From Pelagibacterales bacterium SAG-MED15 (GTDB taxonomy: Bacteria > Pseudomonadota > Alphaproteobacteria > Pelagibacterales > Pelagibacteraceae): 64,000 nucleotides of DNA. Each line of letters begins with the position of its first letter. The stretch's first letter is position 1. The notes beneath the pieces were generated by a model. That model did not search any database. It was not told the DNA's origin and saw nothing but the letters and a program-made list of their open reading frames with translations. A program made the translations under genes and the position numbers. The DNA lies in the NCBI GenBank assembly GCA_014654065.1, contig JACWDM010000004.1, forward strand, positions 31,080-95,079, given 5' to 3'. Below are positions 27,490 to 36,292 of the stretch, piece by piece.

Positions 27490-28299
27490 TTAGAATCGCA
27501 ATAAAACAATTTTTTTTATTAAATTAACTAAGAATAAAAATAAGGTATAAGTTTTAAATAAAATTTTATATTTCAAAAAGTATCTTAAATTATTTCCTGA
27601 TCTGTTTGTTTTTTCTTTAAATTTCATATCCTCATATGAATGATTGATAACCTCTTTGCTTACTCTATCATTGACACCTTTTTTCAAAAAAACAATGTTA
27701 TGATGAAACGAAATATTTAATATTTGTGAGTCGTATTTTTTTTTAATATAAAATGGGTTTGCTATTTCTTGATAATTTATACTATCCGTTAAATGCTTAA
27801 AAAAATTCATATGTGAATTTGAATATTTCAGGTCAAAGGGATTTCCTCCAAAAAAATGGTTATAACTAGTTTGAATATCCTCAACAATATATAAACCTTT
27901 ATTTTTTAGTGCGGGGAATAGTAGTTGAAAACTTTTTTTAACATCTTTTGATAAATGGCTTCCATCATCAATAATTATATCAAATTCCTTATATTTACTG
28001 ATTATCTCACTAATAAATTTTTCATCACTTTGTGATCCTTGATGAATGTCAATGTTACTTCTATTTAAGTTTTTTTCATCTAAATTTATCTTGTGTATAT
28101 CAATTCCAACTATTTTTGAATTTTTGAAATAATCTGACCAAGTTAATAATGATTTGCCATCAGCAATACCTAATTCAAGAATTATTAAATTATCCTCTTT
28201 TAATTTATGAAAATAACTTTCGTAAATTTCAATGTAACCATGTTCTATTTTGTCGGATTTGTAAGTCTCAGCAATTTTTTTTAAATTATGATTTTCCAT
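27490..28299 (-). CDS. Class I SAM-dependent methyltransferase
   Basis: ILELGIADGKSL (motif I), VGIDI, and IIIDDGSH blocks. Confidence 0.7.
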   Translation of the reverse strand: MENHNLKKIAETYKSDKIEHGYIEIYESYFHKLKEDNLIILELGIADGKSLLTWSDYFKNSKIVGIDIHKINLDEKNLNRSNIDIHQGSQSDEKFISEIISKYKEFDIIIDDGSHLSKDVKKSFQLLFPALKNKGLYIVEDIQTSYNHFFGGNPFDLKYSNSHMNFFKHLTDSINYQEIANPFYIKKKYDSQILNISFHHNIVFLKKGVNDRVSKEVINHSYEDMKFKEKTNRSGNNLRYFLKYKILFKTYTLFLFLVNLIKKIVLLRF

Positions 28300-28309
28300 G
28301 ATTAATTCT

Positions 28310-28750
28310 TTATTTCTCTAATGCAGAAAGTTTTTTTCTAAGTTTTGGTGATAAATTAGAAAACCATTCTTTTTCTTTGCCAGACTCAGGCAAAACTGCG
28401 CCATATTCTATCATCTGAGATGGTGGCAGATCATTGATGTAAACCCAAACCTGCGTTTCATCTAGATTTGAATTTTTAACTAATACATCTTTTAAATCAG
28501 AAATTAGCTTATCTTTTATTTCTTTGGCTCTACCAGACCTAATTTGACCTAGTAAAAATAAAGAAGGTTCTTTCACTATTTTTCCACCCATAAAATGATT
28601 ATTCTTTTTTGTTTTATTAAATATCACTTGAGCAAAGTAAGTATTTGCACCAGTTACAATATTATGAACTTTAGTGATTCCCTCAGCTATTTTTTTTTGT
28701 TGTTTGTATGAAATATAAAAATTTGAATTGGTTACTGTGTAAGTTGGCAT
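28310..28750 (-). CDS. Tautomerase-superfamily-like protein
   Basis: Begins Met-Pro (MPTYTV...), consistent with a catalytic Pro1. The size and beta-alpha-beta start resemble long tautomerase family members. Support is weak. Confidence 0.4.
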   Translation of the reverse strand: MPTYTVTNSNFYISYKQQKKIAEGITKVHNIVTGANTYFAQVIFNKTKKNNHFMGGKIVKEPSLFLLGQIRSGRAKEIKDKLISDLKDVLVKNSNLDETQVWVYINDLPPSQMIEYGAVLPESGKEKEWFSNLSPKLRKKLSALEK

Positions 28751-28824
28751 AAATTTAAAATTAATTTAGAATATATGTTTTTAAGTCGCAGTGAAATTAA
28801 AATTTTATAAATTATATATAGCTC

Positions 28825-28947
28825 ATGGAGACATCAATTCTCATTATTTTAGTGGTTGTAGTTGCTGTTATACTTTTTAGACCTTTATCAAAAAAAGAAC
28901 TAGACAAGTATAACGATAAAGATAACTGGTCAAATATGGGATTTTAA
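28825..28947 (+). CDS. Possible 40-aa single-TM peptide (METSILIILVVVVAVILFRPLSKKELDKYNDKDNWSNMGF)
   Basis: An unlisted small ORF in an otherwise empty 210-nt gap, with a hydrophobic N-terminal helix then a charged tail. It ends 13 nt before the next small ORF. There is no clear RBS. Confidence 0.3.
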   Translation: METSILIILVVVVAVILFRPLSKKELDKYNDKDNWSNMGF

Positions 28948-28960
28948 CAAAGGAAACATT

Positions 28961-29167
28961 ATGAAAAAATTTATAATAACAACCATAATAATTCTATTTT
29001 CTGGATCAGCATTCGCAGGATCTTGTCCAATGATGGCAAAAAACATAGATGCTAAAATTGCAGAGGCTCAAGAACTTAGAGATATAGCTATGAATGCTCA
29101 CAAGAATGGTGACCATGCCAAATCAGAAGAATTGCTTAATAAAGCATTAGAATTGTTTAAAGGATAA
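28961..29167 (+). CDS. Small secreted protein (68 aa)
   Basis: Signal peptide MKKFIITTIIILFSGSAFAG, followed by SCPMM and a helical His/Met-containing segment. RBS aaggaaa lies upstream. Confidence 0.5.
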   Translation: MKKFIITTIIILFSGSAFAGSCPMMAKNIDAKIAEAQELRDIAMNAHKNGDHAKSEELLNKALELFKG

Positions 29168-29181
29168 ATTATTTGGAGCTT

Positions 29182-29208
29182 AGGGGTATCTGACAAAAGA
29201 ATACCCCT
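29182..29208. terminator. Hairpin between convergent genes (putative bidirectional terminator)
   Basis: aggggtat (29182-29189) / atacccct (29201-29208) with an 11-nt loop and T/A-rich flanks. Confidence 0.45.
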
Positions 29209-29223
29209 CTCCTTTTATAAATA

Positions 29224-29736
29224 TTAAAAAATAGATTTAGCGTATTTTTTCCAGTTGTGTTGGTAATGTTTTGTATTTTCAGAAACTGCCTTTTTTTCTT
29301 CTTCCGTAATCTCTCTTACAACTTTGCCAGGTGAACCAATCACTAAGGAATTATCTGGAATAATTTTGTTTTCAGTTATCAAAGCTTTAGCCCCTATAAT
29401 GCAATTTTTTCCAATTTTTGCGTTATTAAGTATTACTGCCCCTATTCCAATAAGACTGTTATCTCCAATTGTACATCCATGTAACATAACCATATGTCCA
29501 ATTGTTACATCTTTACCAACTTTCAAGGGATAGCCAGGATCAGTGTGCAAAACACTCCCATCTTGAACATTCGATCCTTCTCCTATATGAATATTTTCAA
29601 TATCTCCTCTAAGAACTGCATTAAACCAAATACTTGAATTTTTTTCCAAAGTAACGTCTCCAATGATAGTTGCATTTGGAGCTACCCAATTTTCGCCAGA
29701 GTTTTTTGGTTTTTTATCTTTCAAATCATAAAACAT
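29224..29736 (-). CDS. Gamma-carbonic-anhydrase-like hexapeptide-repeat protein (YrdA/PaaY/CaiE family)
   Basis: 170 aa with left-handed beta-helix repeats, including [35 protein letters not shown] and IGAKALI. Confidence 0.85.
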   Translation of the reverse strand: MFYDLKDKKPKNSGENWVAPNATIIGDVTLEKNSSIWFNAVLRGDIENIHIGEGSNVQDGSVLHTDPGYPLKVGKDVTIGHMVMLHGCTIGDNSLIGIGAVILNNAKIGKNCIIGAKALITENKIIPDNSLVIGSPGKVVREITEEEKKAVSENTKHYQHNWKKYAKSIF

Positions 29737-29756
29737 AAATTATATATTAACCTATC

Positions 29757-30311
29757 ATGGCTCTTACAAAAACACCAATATGTGATTTCGGAAAAAAAGC
29801 TGAAGAATTCAAACTGAAATCTACAGAAAATAAAATACTTTCATTAAACGATATCAAGGGAGAAAAAGGAACTTTAATAATGTTTATTTGTAATCATTGT
29901 CCTTATGTTAAAGCTATAATTGAAGATCTTGTTAATGATTGCAAAGAAATAAAAAATTTTGGAATTAATTCAGTAGCTATATGTTCAAACGATGTAAAAA
30001 ATTATCCAGAAGATTCATTTGAAAATATGATTAAATTTGCAAAAAATAATAACTTTAATTTTCCTTACCTTCATGACATATCTCAAGAAGTTGCTAAAAA
30101 ATATGAAGCTGTATGTACACCTGATTTTTTTGCTTATAATCATAATCTAGAACTTCAATACAGAGGAAGAATAAGAGAATTAAAAGACTTAAAACCTATA
30201 AGATCTGGGGAAAGTGATTTGTTAATAGCTTTAAAAAAGATTTCTAAAACAAGTCAAGGACCTGAGGATCAAATAGCAAGTATGGGATGTAATATAAAGT
30301 GGATCAAATAA
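29757..30311 (+). CDS. Thioredoxin-fold thiol-disulfide oxidoreductase (AhpC/TSA-like)
   Basis: CNHCPYV redox motif in a Trx-fold context. 184 aa. Confidence 0.8.
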   Translation: MALTKTPICDFGKKAEEFKLKSTENKILSLNDIKGEKGTLIMFICNHCPYVKAIIEDLVNDCKEIKNFGINSVAICSNDVKNYPEDSFENMIKFAKNNNFNFPYLHDISQEVAKKYEAVCTPDFFAYNHNLELQYRGRIRELKDLKPIRSGESDLLIALKKISKTSQGPEDQIASMGCNIKWIK

Positions 30312-30315
30312 TTTA

Positions 30316-31398
30316 ATGTACTTAATAATAACCAGAAATTTTCCTCCTGAGGTTGGGGGAATGCAAAACCTAATGTGGGGTTTAACAAATTCTTTATCCA
30401 AACTAAATATGGTAAAAGTATTTGCTGATTATCATGAAAATCATGAAGAATTTGATGGAAAAGTATCCTTTTCAATTGAGAGAGTTAAGGGTCCAAAAAT
30501 TTTGAGAAAATATAGAAAATCTTTTTTAATTAACGATTTTATAAAGCAAAATACTAAAATTAATTGCTTAATAGCAGACCACTGGAAAAGTTTAGAAAAT
30601 ATAAATACTAATAAAAAAAAAATTTGTTTAATACATTCTAAAGAGATAAATCATAAAAAAGGTTCCTGGTTAAACAAAAGAGTTTTAAATGTTTTAAACA
30701 ATATTGAGTATGTGGTTGCAAATTCAAATTTTACAAAAAATTTAGCAATAGATTTAGGTGTATTTTCTGAAAAAATCATTGTGATTAACCCAGGAATTGA
30801 TCCAGTTTACAAAGTACCTCAAGATTTAATGAAAAAAGCAGAAGATATATTTGGTGCTAAAAAAAATAGATTAATCACAGTTTCACGTTTTGATAAAAGG
30901 AAAAATCATGAAAAAGTAATTATGGCCTTAAGAAATTTAAAAGAAATCTATCCAGATATAATTTATCTTTGTATTGGGTACGGTGATGAAGAAGATAATA
31001 TTAAAAAATTAGTAGAGCAATTAAACCTTAGTAATCAGGTAATTTTTTTAAAAAATATATCGAATGATTTAAAGAATGCTTTAGTTGCATCATCAAATAT
31101 TTTTATAATGCCTTCGATTATTGATAAAAAATCTGTTGAAGGTTTTGGTATTGCTTTTGTAGAAGCTGCACAATTTGGTGTTCCATCGATTGGAGGAAAA
31201 GACGGTGGGGCATCTGATGCAATAGTTCATGAAAAAACAGGTTTAATTTGTGATGGAAACAGTTTGGAAGACATAAGTGCGTCAGTTGATACACTTTTAA
31301 AAGACCGAAAATATAAACAGTACGGCAAGCTTGCAAAAGAAAATTCCAAAAACTTTTATTGGGATAAAATTATTGAAAACTATAAAAGAATCTTATAA
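30316..31398 (+). CDS. Glycosyltransferase family 4 (GT-B)
   Basis: C-terminal E(x7)E region: EGFGIAFVEAAQFGVPSIGGKDGGASDAIVHEKTGLICD. Confidence 0.85.
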   Translation: MYLIITRNFPPEVGGMQNLMWGLTNSLSKLNMVKVFADYHENHEEFDGKVSFSIERVKGPKILRKYRKSFLINDFIKQNTKINCLIADHWKSLENINTNKKKICLIHSKEINHKKGSWLNKRVLNVLNNIEYVVANSNFTKNLAIDLGVFSEKIIVINPGIDPVYKVPQDLMKKAEDIFGAKKNRLITVSRFDKRKNHEKVIMALRNLKEIYPDIIYLCIGYGDEEDNIKKLVEQLNLSNQVIFLKNISNDLKNALVASSNIFIMPSIIDKKSVEGFGIAFVEAAQFGVPSIGGKDGGASDAIVHEKTGLICDGNSLEDISASVDTLLKDRKYKQYGKLAKENSKNFYWDKIIENYKRIL

Positions 31399-31407
31399 AT
31401 TTTATCA

Positions 31408-31824
31408 ATGATTGATAAATTTAATAATATTTTTTATTTACTAATATTTATAGTGCATTTCCTGGGTGTTGGAATATATGCTTTTCAAACAATTGTTGGA
31501 ACTAAAAGTTTCATGAAAAAATTTGATATTGCACCAACTGGTGCAATAATGACCAGACTGGCTGGTGGCTTTATGTTAGCAGTTTTTTTAATGTCGATCT
31601 ATGTAGGTTTCATCAGGCCTAATGGCCTTGAGGGTTCTTGGGCTTTTTTTAATTTAGTTTTTGTAAATAATTTATGTATTTTTCTTTGCAATTTTTATTC
31701 AGTAAAAATAGATAAGACCGGTGTTACAAAAAAAACTGGTAATGAACCTGTAATTGCTCCACTTATGTTTACAATAATGAGTGCATTGCTTTGCTATGGT
31801 TTGGCAGATAAAATTTATTATTAA
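31408..31824 (+). CDS. Hypothetical integral membrane protein (4 TM)
   Basis: 138 aa with four hydrophobic segments and no recognisable motif. Confidence 0.45.
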   Translation: MIDKFNNIFYLLIFIVHFLGVGIYAFQTIVGTKSFMKKFDIAPTGAIMTRLAGGFMLAVFLMSIYVGFIRPNGLEGSWAFFNLVFVNNLCIFLCNFYSVKIDKTGVTKKTGNEPVIAPLMFTIMSALLCYGLADKIYY

Positions 31825-31825
31825 T

Positions 31826-32623
31826 TTATACTGGTAAAATAAGATAGTTATCTCTATCAATTTTTTCTTCAATTTTATAATTGATCAGTTTTATAAAATC
31901 CTCAAAATCCTTGAATTCATATTTAAAATCTAATTTAAACTCTTTATCAAATTCAAAAATAATTGGCATTTTATGATTTAATATTGTGTTTTCAGCACCA
32001 TATAAAACTTTTAAATCATAACCTTGAGTATCAATTTTCATAAATGAAATTTTTTTATCAAATTTAATATCATCAATTTTTACAGATTTGACTGCATTTG
32101 TTTTTTTTTTTGAAAAATTTTTTTTATCTATAATATTTATTTTTTGAGATCCGTAAGTAAAATAATTTTTACTATTGAGATTTATTTTATCGATAAAATT
32201 TTCAGTATTTTGATTTTCGATTAAGTAGTTAAAAGCTTTAATATTTGAACCATTTATGAGTACATTTTTTTTTAAAATCTTGAAAATATAAGGATCTGCT
32301 TCAAAACTATATACACTTACATTAGTATTTGAAAATGAATATAATATACTTAGCTGACCATAATTAGAGCCAATATCTAAAACTATTGTGTCTGCCTCTA
32401 TAAATTTTTTTCCAACTTCATAAACTTTTTTATCAAATATCTCATTTTTGATTATTGAATTTTTTATCATATCGTACTTAGCAAAATAGGGTAAATAATA
32501 TTTTCCTGTGATAGTTTTGTAAAGTTTTAAGTATCTCAGATTCATCAATCGATTCTCTATTGCATCCCATATTCGAGTAGTAAAATCTGTTAATCTAAAT
32601 ATTCTTTTTAATATTACTTTCAT
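31826..32623 (-). CDS. FkbM-family methyltransferase
   Basis: VLDIGSNYGQLS (SAM motif), FEADP, and MKIDTQGYDLKVL blocks. Confidence 0.75.
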   Translation of the reverse strand: MKVILKRIFRLTDFTTRIWDAIENRLMNLRYLKLYKTITGKYYLPYFAKYDMIKNSIIKNEIFDKKVYEVGKKFIEADTIVLDIGSNYGQLSILYSFSNTNVSVYSFEADPYIFKILKKNVLINGSNIKAFNYLIENQNTENFIDKINLNSKNYFTYGSQKINIIDKKNFSKKKTNAVKSVKIDDIKFDKKISFMKIDTQGYDLKVLYGAENTILNHKMPIIFEFDKEFKLDFKYEFKDFEDFIKLINYKIEEKIDRDNYLILPV

Positions 32624-33558
32624 AAATATTTTAAAATTTTTCCATAAACATTTTGAGCGCTTAATTTAGTAAGATCATTTACTTGAATAGCTTTAAAATT
32701 TTGCCTCTCAATGCTGACCTTATATGCTGTTGTATGTGATCCAAATAAAGTTAATCCTTTAGCATTTAAATGTGCAGTCATATGTGCTGGCCCAGTATCA
32801 TTTGCAATTACAAAAGAACTTTGCTTAATCAGTGATGACAACTGAGAAATACTAATTGGTTTTTCTCTATCTAATATACAATTTGCTTTAATTTGCTTTG
32901 CTTGATCAATTTCCTTAGGACCTGGTGCAATTATAATTTTGTATTTATCTTTAAAATTACTTTTTATTATATCAATTAATTCATTGTAGTGGGGCCACTT
33001 TTTTTGCTTTAAATGTGGTGAACAAAATGGAAATAGTAAAATATAATTTTCAAGATTAAATTCTAATTTTAAATTAGATATATCCTCACAACTCCATGAA
33101 AAATCTGGTTTAATTGTATGATTAATTTTAAGTCCAGATGTTTTTAATTGATGAGCAAATCTTTCAAGAACAGGATTTTTATCAAACTCCTCTTTATTTT
33201 TATCTTTCGGTAGGGTCGTTTCTGATGAAGACCATATATTTAAATTAGACTTAGGAAATAGAATTTTTTTATAAAAATTTGTTCTAGATGAATTTTGAAG
33301 ATCATAAACTTTTGAAAAATTAAATTTTTTTATATTTTTCATCAAAAGATAAAGGTATACAAGATTAAATCTAGATAATCTTTTGTCTAATATTACGTTG
33401 TTTAAATAGGGATTTTTTTTAAAAAGCTCTAAATATGGTTTTGTTGTTAATAAATATAATTTATCACCTTTATGGTTCTCAAATATATCTTGAATTACAC
33501 CACTAGCTTGGGCTATATCACCTAGAGATCCATGTTTAATTATTAAAACGTTAGACAT
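32620..33558 (-). CDS. Glycosyltransferase family 9 (heptosyltransferase-like)
   Basis: N-terminal VLIIKHGSLGDIAQASGV and C-terminal ANDTGPAHMTA are GT9 hallmarks. Confidence 0.8.
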   Translation of the reverse strand: MSNVLIIKHGSLGDIAQASGVIQDIFENHKGDKLYLLTTKPYLELFKKNPYLNNVILDKRLSRFNLVYLYLLMKNIKKFNFSKVYDLQNSSRTNFYKKILFPKSNLNIWSSSETTLPKDKNKEEFDKNPVLERFAHQLKTSGLKINHTIKPDFSWSCEDISNLKLEFNLENYILLFPFCSPHLKQKKWPHYNELIDIIKSNFKDKYKIIIAPGPKEIDQAKQIKANCILDREKPISISQLSSLIKQSSFVIANDTGPAHMTAHLNAKGLTLFGSHTTAYKVSIERQNFKAIQVNDLTKLSAQNVYGKILKYL

Positions 33559-33590
33559 ATTTAAAACAATTTAACATAGTATTGTGTTTT

Positions 33591-33980
33591 ATGAATAAAA
33601 TTCTAGTTGAAGTTTCTGTGGGTGAACTTTTGGATAAAATATCTATTCTTGAAATAAAAAAGGAAAAAATAAAGGATAAAGATAACCTTTCATATATCAA
33701 TGATGAATATTCTTTATTAAAAAAACAGCTAGAAAACAACATTAAAATAGATGAAAAGTTACAAAACTTATTTGCTTCTCTTAAAGAGGTAAATAACAAT
33801 CTTTGGAACATTGAAAATGAAAAAAGGTTGTACGAAAAAAATAAAGATTTCAGTGAAAAATTTATAAAAACTTCAAGAGAGATACATTTCTTAAATGATA
33901 AAAGATCAAAAATAAAGCTTGAAATAAATTTAATTACGAAATCAAAAATAAAAGAAATTAAAGAATATACTAGTTATTAA
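33591..33980 (+). CDS. Hypothetical helical protein
   Basis: About 129 aa, Lys/Glu/Asn-rich and predicted all-helical, divergent from the GT9 gene. The ATG at 33591 is preferred to the track's TTG at 33582. Confidence 0.45.
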   Translation: MNKILVEVSVGELLDKISILEIKKEKIKDKDNLSYINDEYSLLKKQLENNIKIDEKLQNLFASLKEVNNNLWNIENEKRLYEKNKDFSEKFIKTSREIHFLNDKRSKIKLEINLITKSKIKEIKEYTSY

Positions 33981-33999
33981 TTAAAATTTTTTTCATTAA

Positions 34000-34671
34000 T
34001 TAATAACTATATTTTTTTTCTAGATATTTAATTACATTATGAATTATAAAAGTTATAAATAGGTATATTCCCCCTGCAACAATGAATACTTCAACTGGTT
34101 TAAACGTGGTTGATATTATGTATTTTGCTACTCCAGTTAAATCCATAAGCGTTACAGTGCTTGCTAAGGAAGTGCCCTTTAGCATTAAAATAATTTCATT
34201 ACCATAAGCTGGAAGAGATTGTCTAATAGCAATAGGGACTTGAATTTTATAAAAAATTATTTTTGATTGTATTCCAAGACTTTTACCTGCCTCTATAAAA
34301 CCAGGTTTGATTGTTTGAAAAGCTGATCTTAAAATTTCAGAAGTATAAGCGCCTGTATTAAGTGCAAATGCTATAATCGCACACCAGTATGGTTCTTTTA
34401 GTGCTACCCATAAAAAAGATGATCTTAAAGACTCAATCTGACCAAGTCCAAAATAAATTATAAATATTTGAACCAATAATGGCGTTCCTCTAAATATATA
34501 TGAATACCCATAAGCAAATTTATTAATAAAGGAATTTTTATTTAATCTCAATATAGCAAAAAACAGTCCTAAAAATAGTCCAAGCACTAAAGATACAGAA
34601 AGTAATTTTAATGTAATCAAAGTGGCATTGAGTAACTTTGGAAAGCTAGTTATCATTAAATCTAAATCCAT
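34000..34671 (-). CDS. Polar amino acid ABC transporter permease (HisM type)
   Basis: 223 aa with the EAA-loop region (EAGKSLGIQSKIIFYKIQVPIAIRQSLPAYGNE). Confidence 0.85.
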   Translation of the reverse strand: MDLDLMITSFPKLLNATLITLKLLSVSLVLGLFLGLFFAILRLNKNSFINKFAYGYSYIFRGTPLLVQIFIIYFGLGQIESLRSSFLWVALKEPYWCAIIAFALNTGAYTSEILRSAFQTIKPGFIEAGKSLGIQSKIIFYKIQVPIAIRQSLPAYGNEIILMLKGTSLASTVTLMDLTGVAKYIISTTFKPVEVFIVAGGIYLFITFIIHNVIKYLEKKYSY

Positions 34672-35363
34672 TAGTATCCCTTGCTATATTTAATTTCTAA
34701 CTGATTAATTAATTTCATACTTAAAAAAGTTAATAACAAGTATAATATTGCTGCAAAGGAATAGAAGAAAAGTGGATCTCTTGTTGAACCAGCGGCGATG
34801 TATGATTGTCTCATGATTTCTACTAAACCCGTCACCGATATTAATGAAGTATCTTTTAATGTAATTTGCCAAACATTACTTAAGTTTGGAATTGCAAGTC
34901 TTAACATTTGGGGCATAATAACTTTAACAAAATGAATTGATTTTTTTAAACCCAAAACTTTTGAAGCTTCAAACTGTCCTTTATCAATTGACTGAATAGC
35001 ACCCCTAAAAACTTCAGTTGAATATGCTCCTGAAATAATTCCAATAGCAAAAGATCCAGTTATAAAAGCATTAATTTCAATATAATCATTATATCCAAAT
35101 ATAGAGGCTACGAACATTACTGCCCCACTACCACCAAAGAAAAATAAATAAATTACCAATAATTCTGGAACACCTCTTATTACTGTTGTGTAACAATTTG
35201 CAATTAGATTTAAAAATTTATTTTTAGATAATTTTAATGGTGTAAAAATTAAAGCAAAAATGAAACCTATCAACAAAGCTGTTATTGAAACAGCAATTGT
35301 CATTAATGTGGCAATGAATAGCTCATCACCCCATCCTGTTTTTCCAAATGCTAGAAGTTCCAT
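34671..35363 (-). CDS. Polar amino acid ABC transporter permease (HisQ type)
   Basis: 230 aa with the EAA-loop region (FEASKVLGLKKSIHFVKVIMPQMLRLAIPNLSN). It shares 1 nt with the downstream gene. Confidence 0.85.
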   Translation of the reverse strand: MELLAFGKTGWGDELFIATLMTIAVSITALLIGFIFALIFTPLKLSKNKFLNLIANCYTTVIRGVPELLVIYLFFFGGSGAVMFVASIFGYNDYIEINAFITGSFAIGIISGAYSTEVFRGAIQSIDKGQFEASKVLGLKKSIHFVKVIMPQMLRLAIPNLSNVWQITLKDTSLISVTGLVEIMRQSYIAAGSTRDPLFFYSFAAILYLLLTFLSMKLINQLEIKYSKGY

Positions 35364-35369
35364 ATAGAC

Positions 35370-35394
35370 TGGCGACTATATATCATAGTCGCCA
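35370..35394 (-). promoter_or_regulatory. Intercistronic stem-loop after the binding-protein gene
   Basis: 10-bp inverted repeat tggcgactat (35370-35379) / atagtcgcca (35385-35394) with a 5-nt loop. There is no U-tract on the transcribed strand. Confidence 0.4.
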
Positions 35395-35407
35395 AATCTA
35401 AAATCAT

Positions 35408-36235
35408 TTACATAGAAGCGTCAAAGCCAAACCATTTAGTAGCAATTCTACTAATGTCACCATTTTTTCTTGCTTTATCAATGGCTCTATTAAAGGCATT
35501 TAAAAGTTCTGTATCATCTTTTCTAATACCAACTCCAACACCATTACCAAATGCACCACCAGAAAATGTTGGTCCAACTAAAACTACTGGTTTTCCTGAT
35601 TTCTCTGCGTAGTCAGTAAATGCAACAGCTGCTGCTAACGCAACATCACATCTACCTGAAGTTAAATCTAAATTAACTTCATCTTGAGTTTTGTAAGTTC
35701 TAACATTTATTTTTCCTACATCACCAGACTCTAAAAAATTTTGGTGAATTGTAGCTGTTTGTGTACATACAGTCTTACCAGCTAAAGCAGATGTTAAAGT
35801 TTTAAGGTCTTTCTTAACTGCACCTGTCTTTTTTGTAAGATTAATTCCTTCAGAAGTATCAATACCCTCTAGGTCTGAACCTTTCATAACAGCTAATGAT
35901 GCAACTTCGTCAGCATAACCTTGTGAAAAACTAATTGCTTTTTGTCTTTCTGCGGTAATAGACATACCTGCCATTATAGCATCAAATTTTCTCATGATTA
36001 GTGCTGGAATCATACCATCCCAATCTTGTTCAACAATTTCACACTGCTGTCCTATATATCTACAAAGTGTCCAAGCCAGCTCAACTTCAAATCCAATTAA
36101 TTTACCAGAAGCATCTTTGGAATTCCATGGTGGATATGCACCCTCTGTGCCTATTCTTATTTTATCAGCGTTAGCAGATATTGTTAAAAATAAACTTATC
36201 AACAATCCTAAGCTGAACTTTTTAATTATATTCAT
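35408..36235 (-). CDS. Lysine/arginine/ornithine/histidine/octopine-type periplasmic binding protein
   Basis: A signal peptide, then IRIGTEGAYPPWNSKDASGKLIGFEVELAWTLC...DAIMAGMSITAERQKAISFS, colinear with HisJ/ArgT/OccT-type proteins. Confidence 0.85.
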   Translation of the reverse strand: MNIIKKFSLGLLISLFLTISANADKIRIGTEGAYPPWNSKDASGKLIGFEVELAWTLCRYIGQQCEIVEQDWDGMIPALIMRKFDAIMAGMSITAERQKAISFSQGYADEVASLAVMKGSDLEGIDTSEGINLTKKTGAVKKDLKTLTSALAGKTVCTQTATIHQNFLESGDVGKINVRTYKTQDEVNLDLTSGRCDVALAAAVAFTDYAEKSGKPVVLVGPTFSGGAFGNGVGVGIRKDDTELLNAFNRAIDKARKNGDISRIATKWFGFDASM

Positions 36236-36292
36236 TTCTCCTCCAAATTTATTTGAGGAATTATTTCACAAAAATTAATATTAAAAAAGAGA

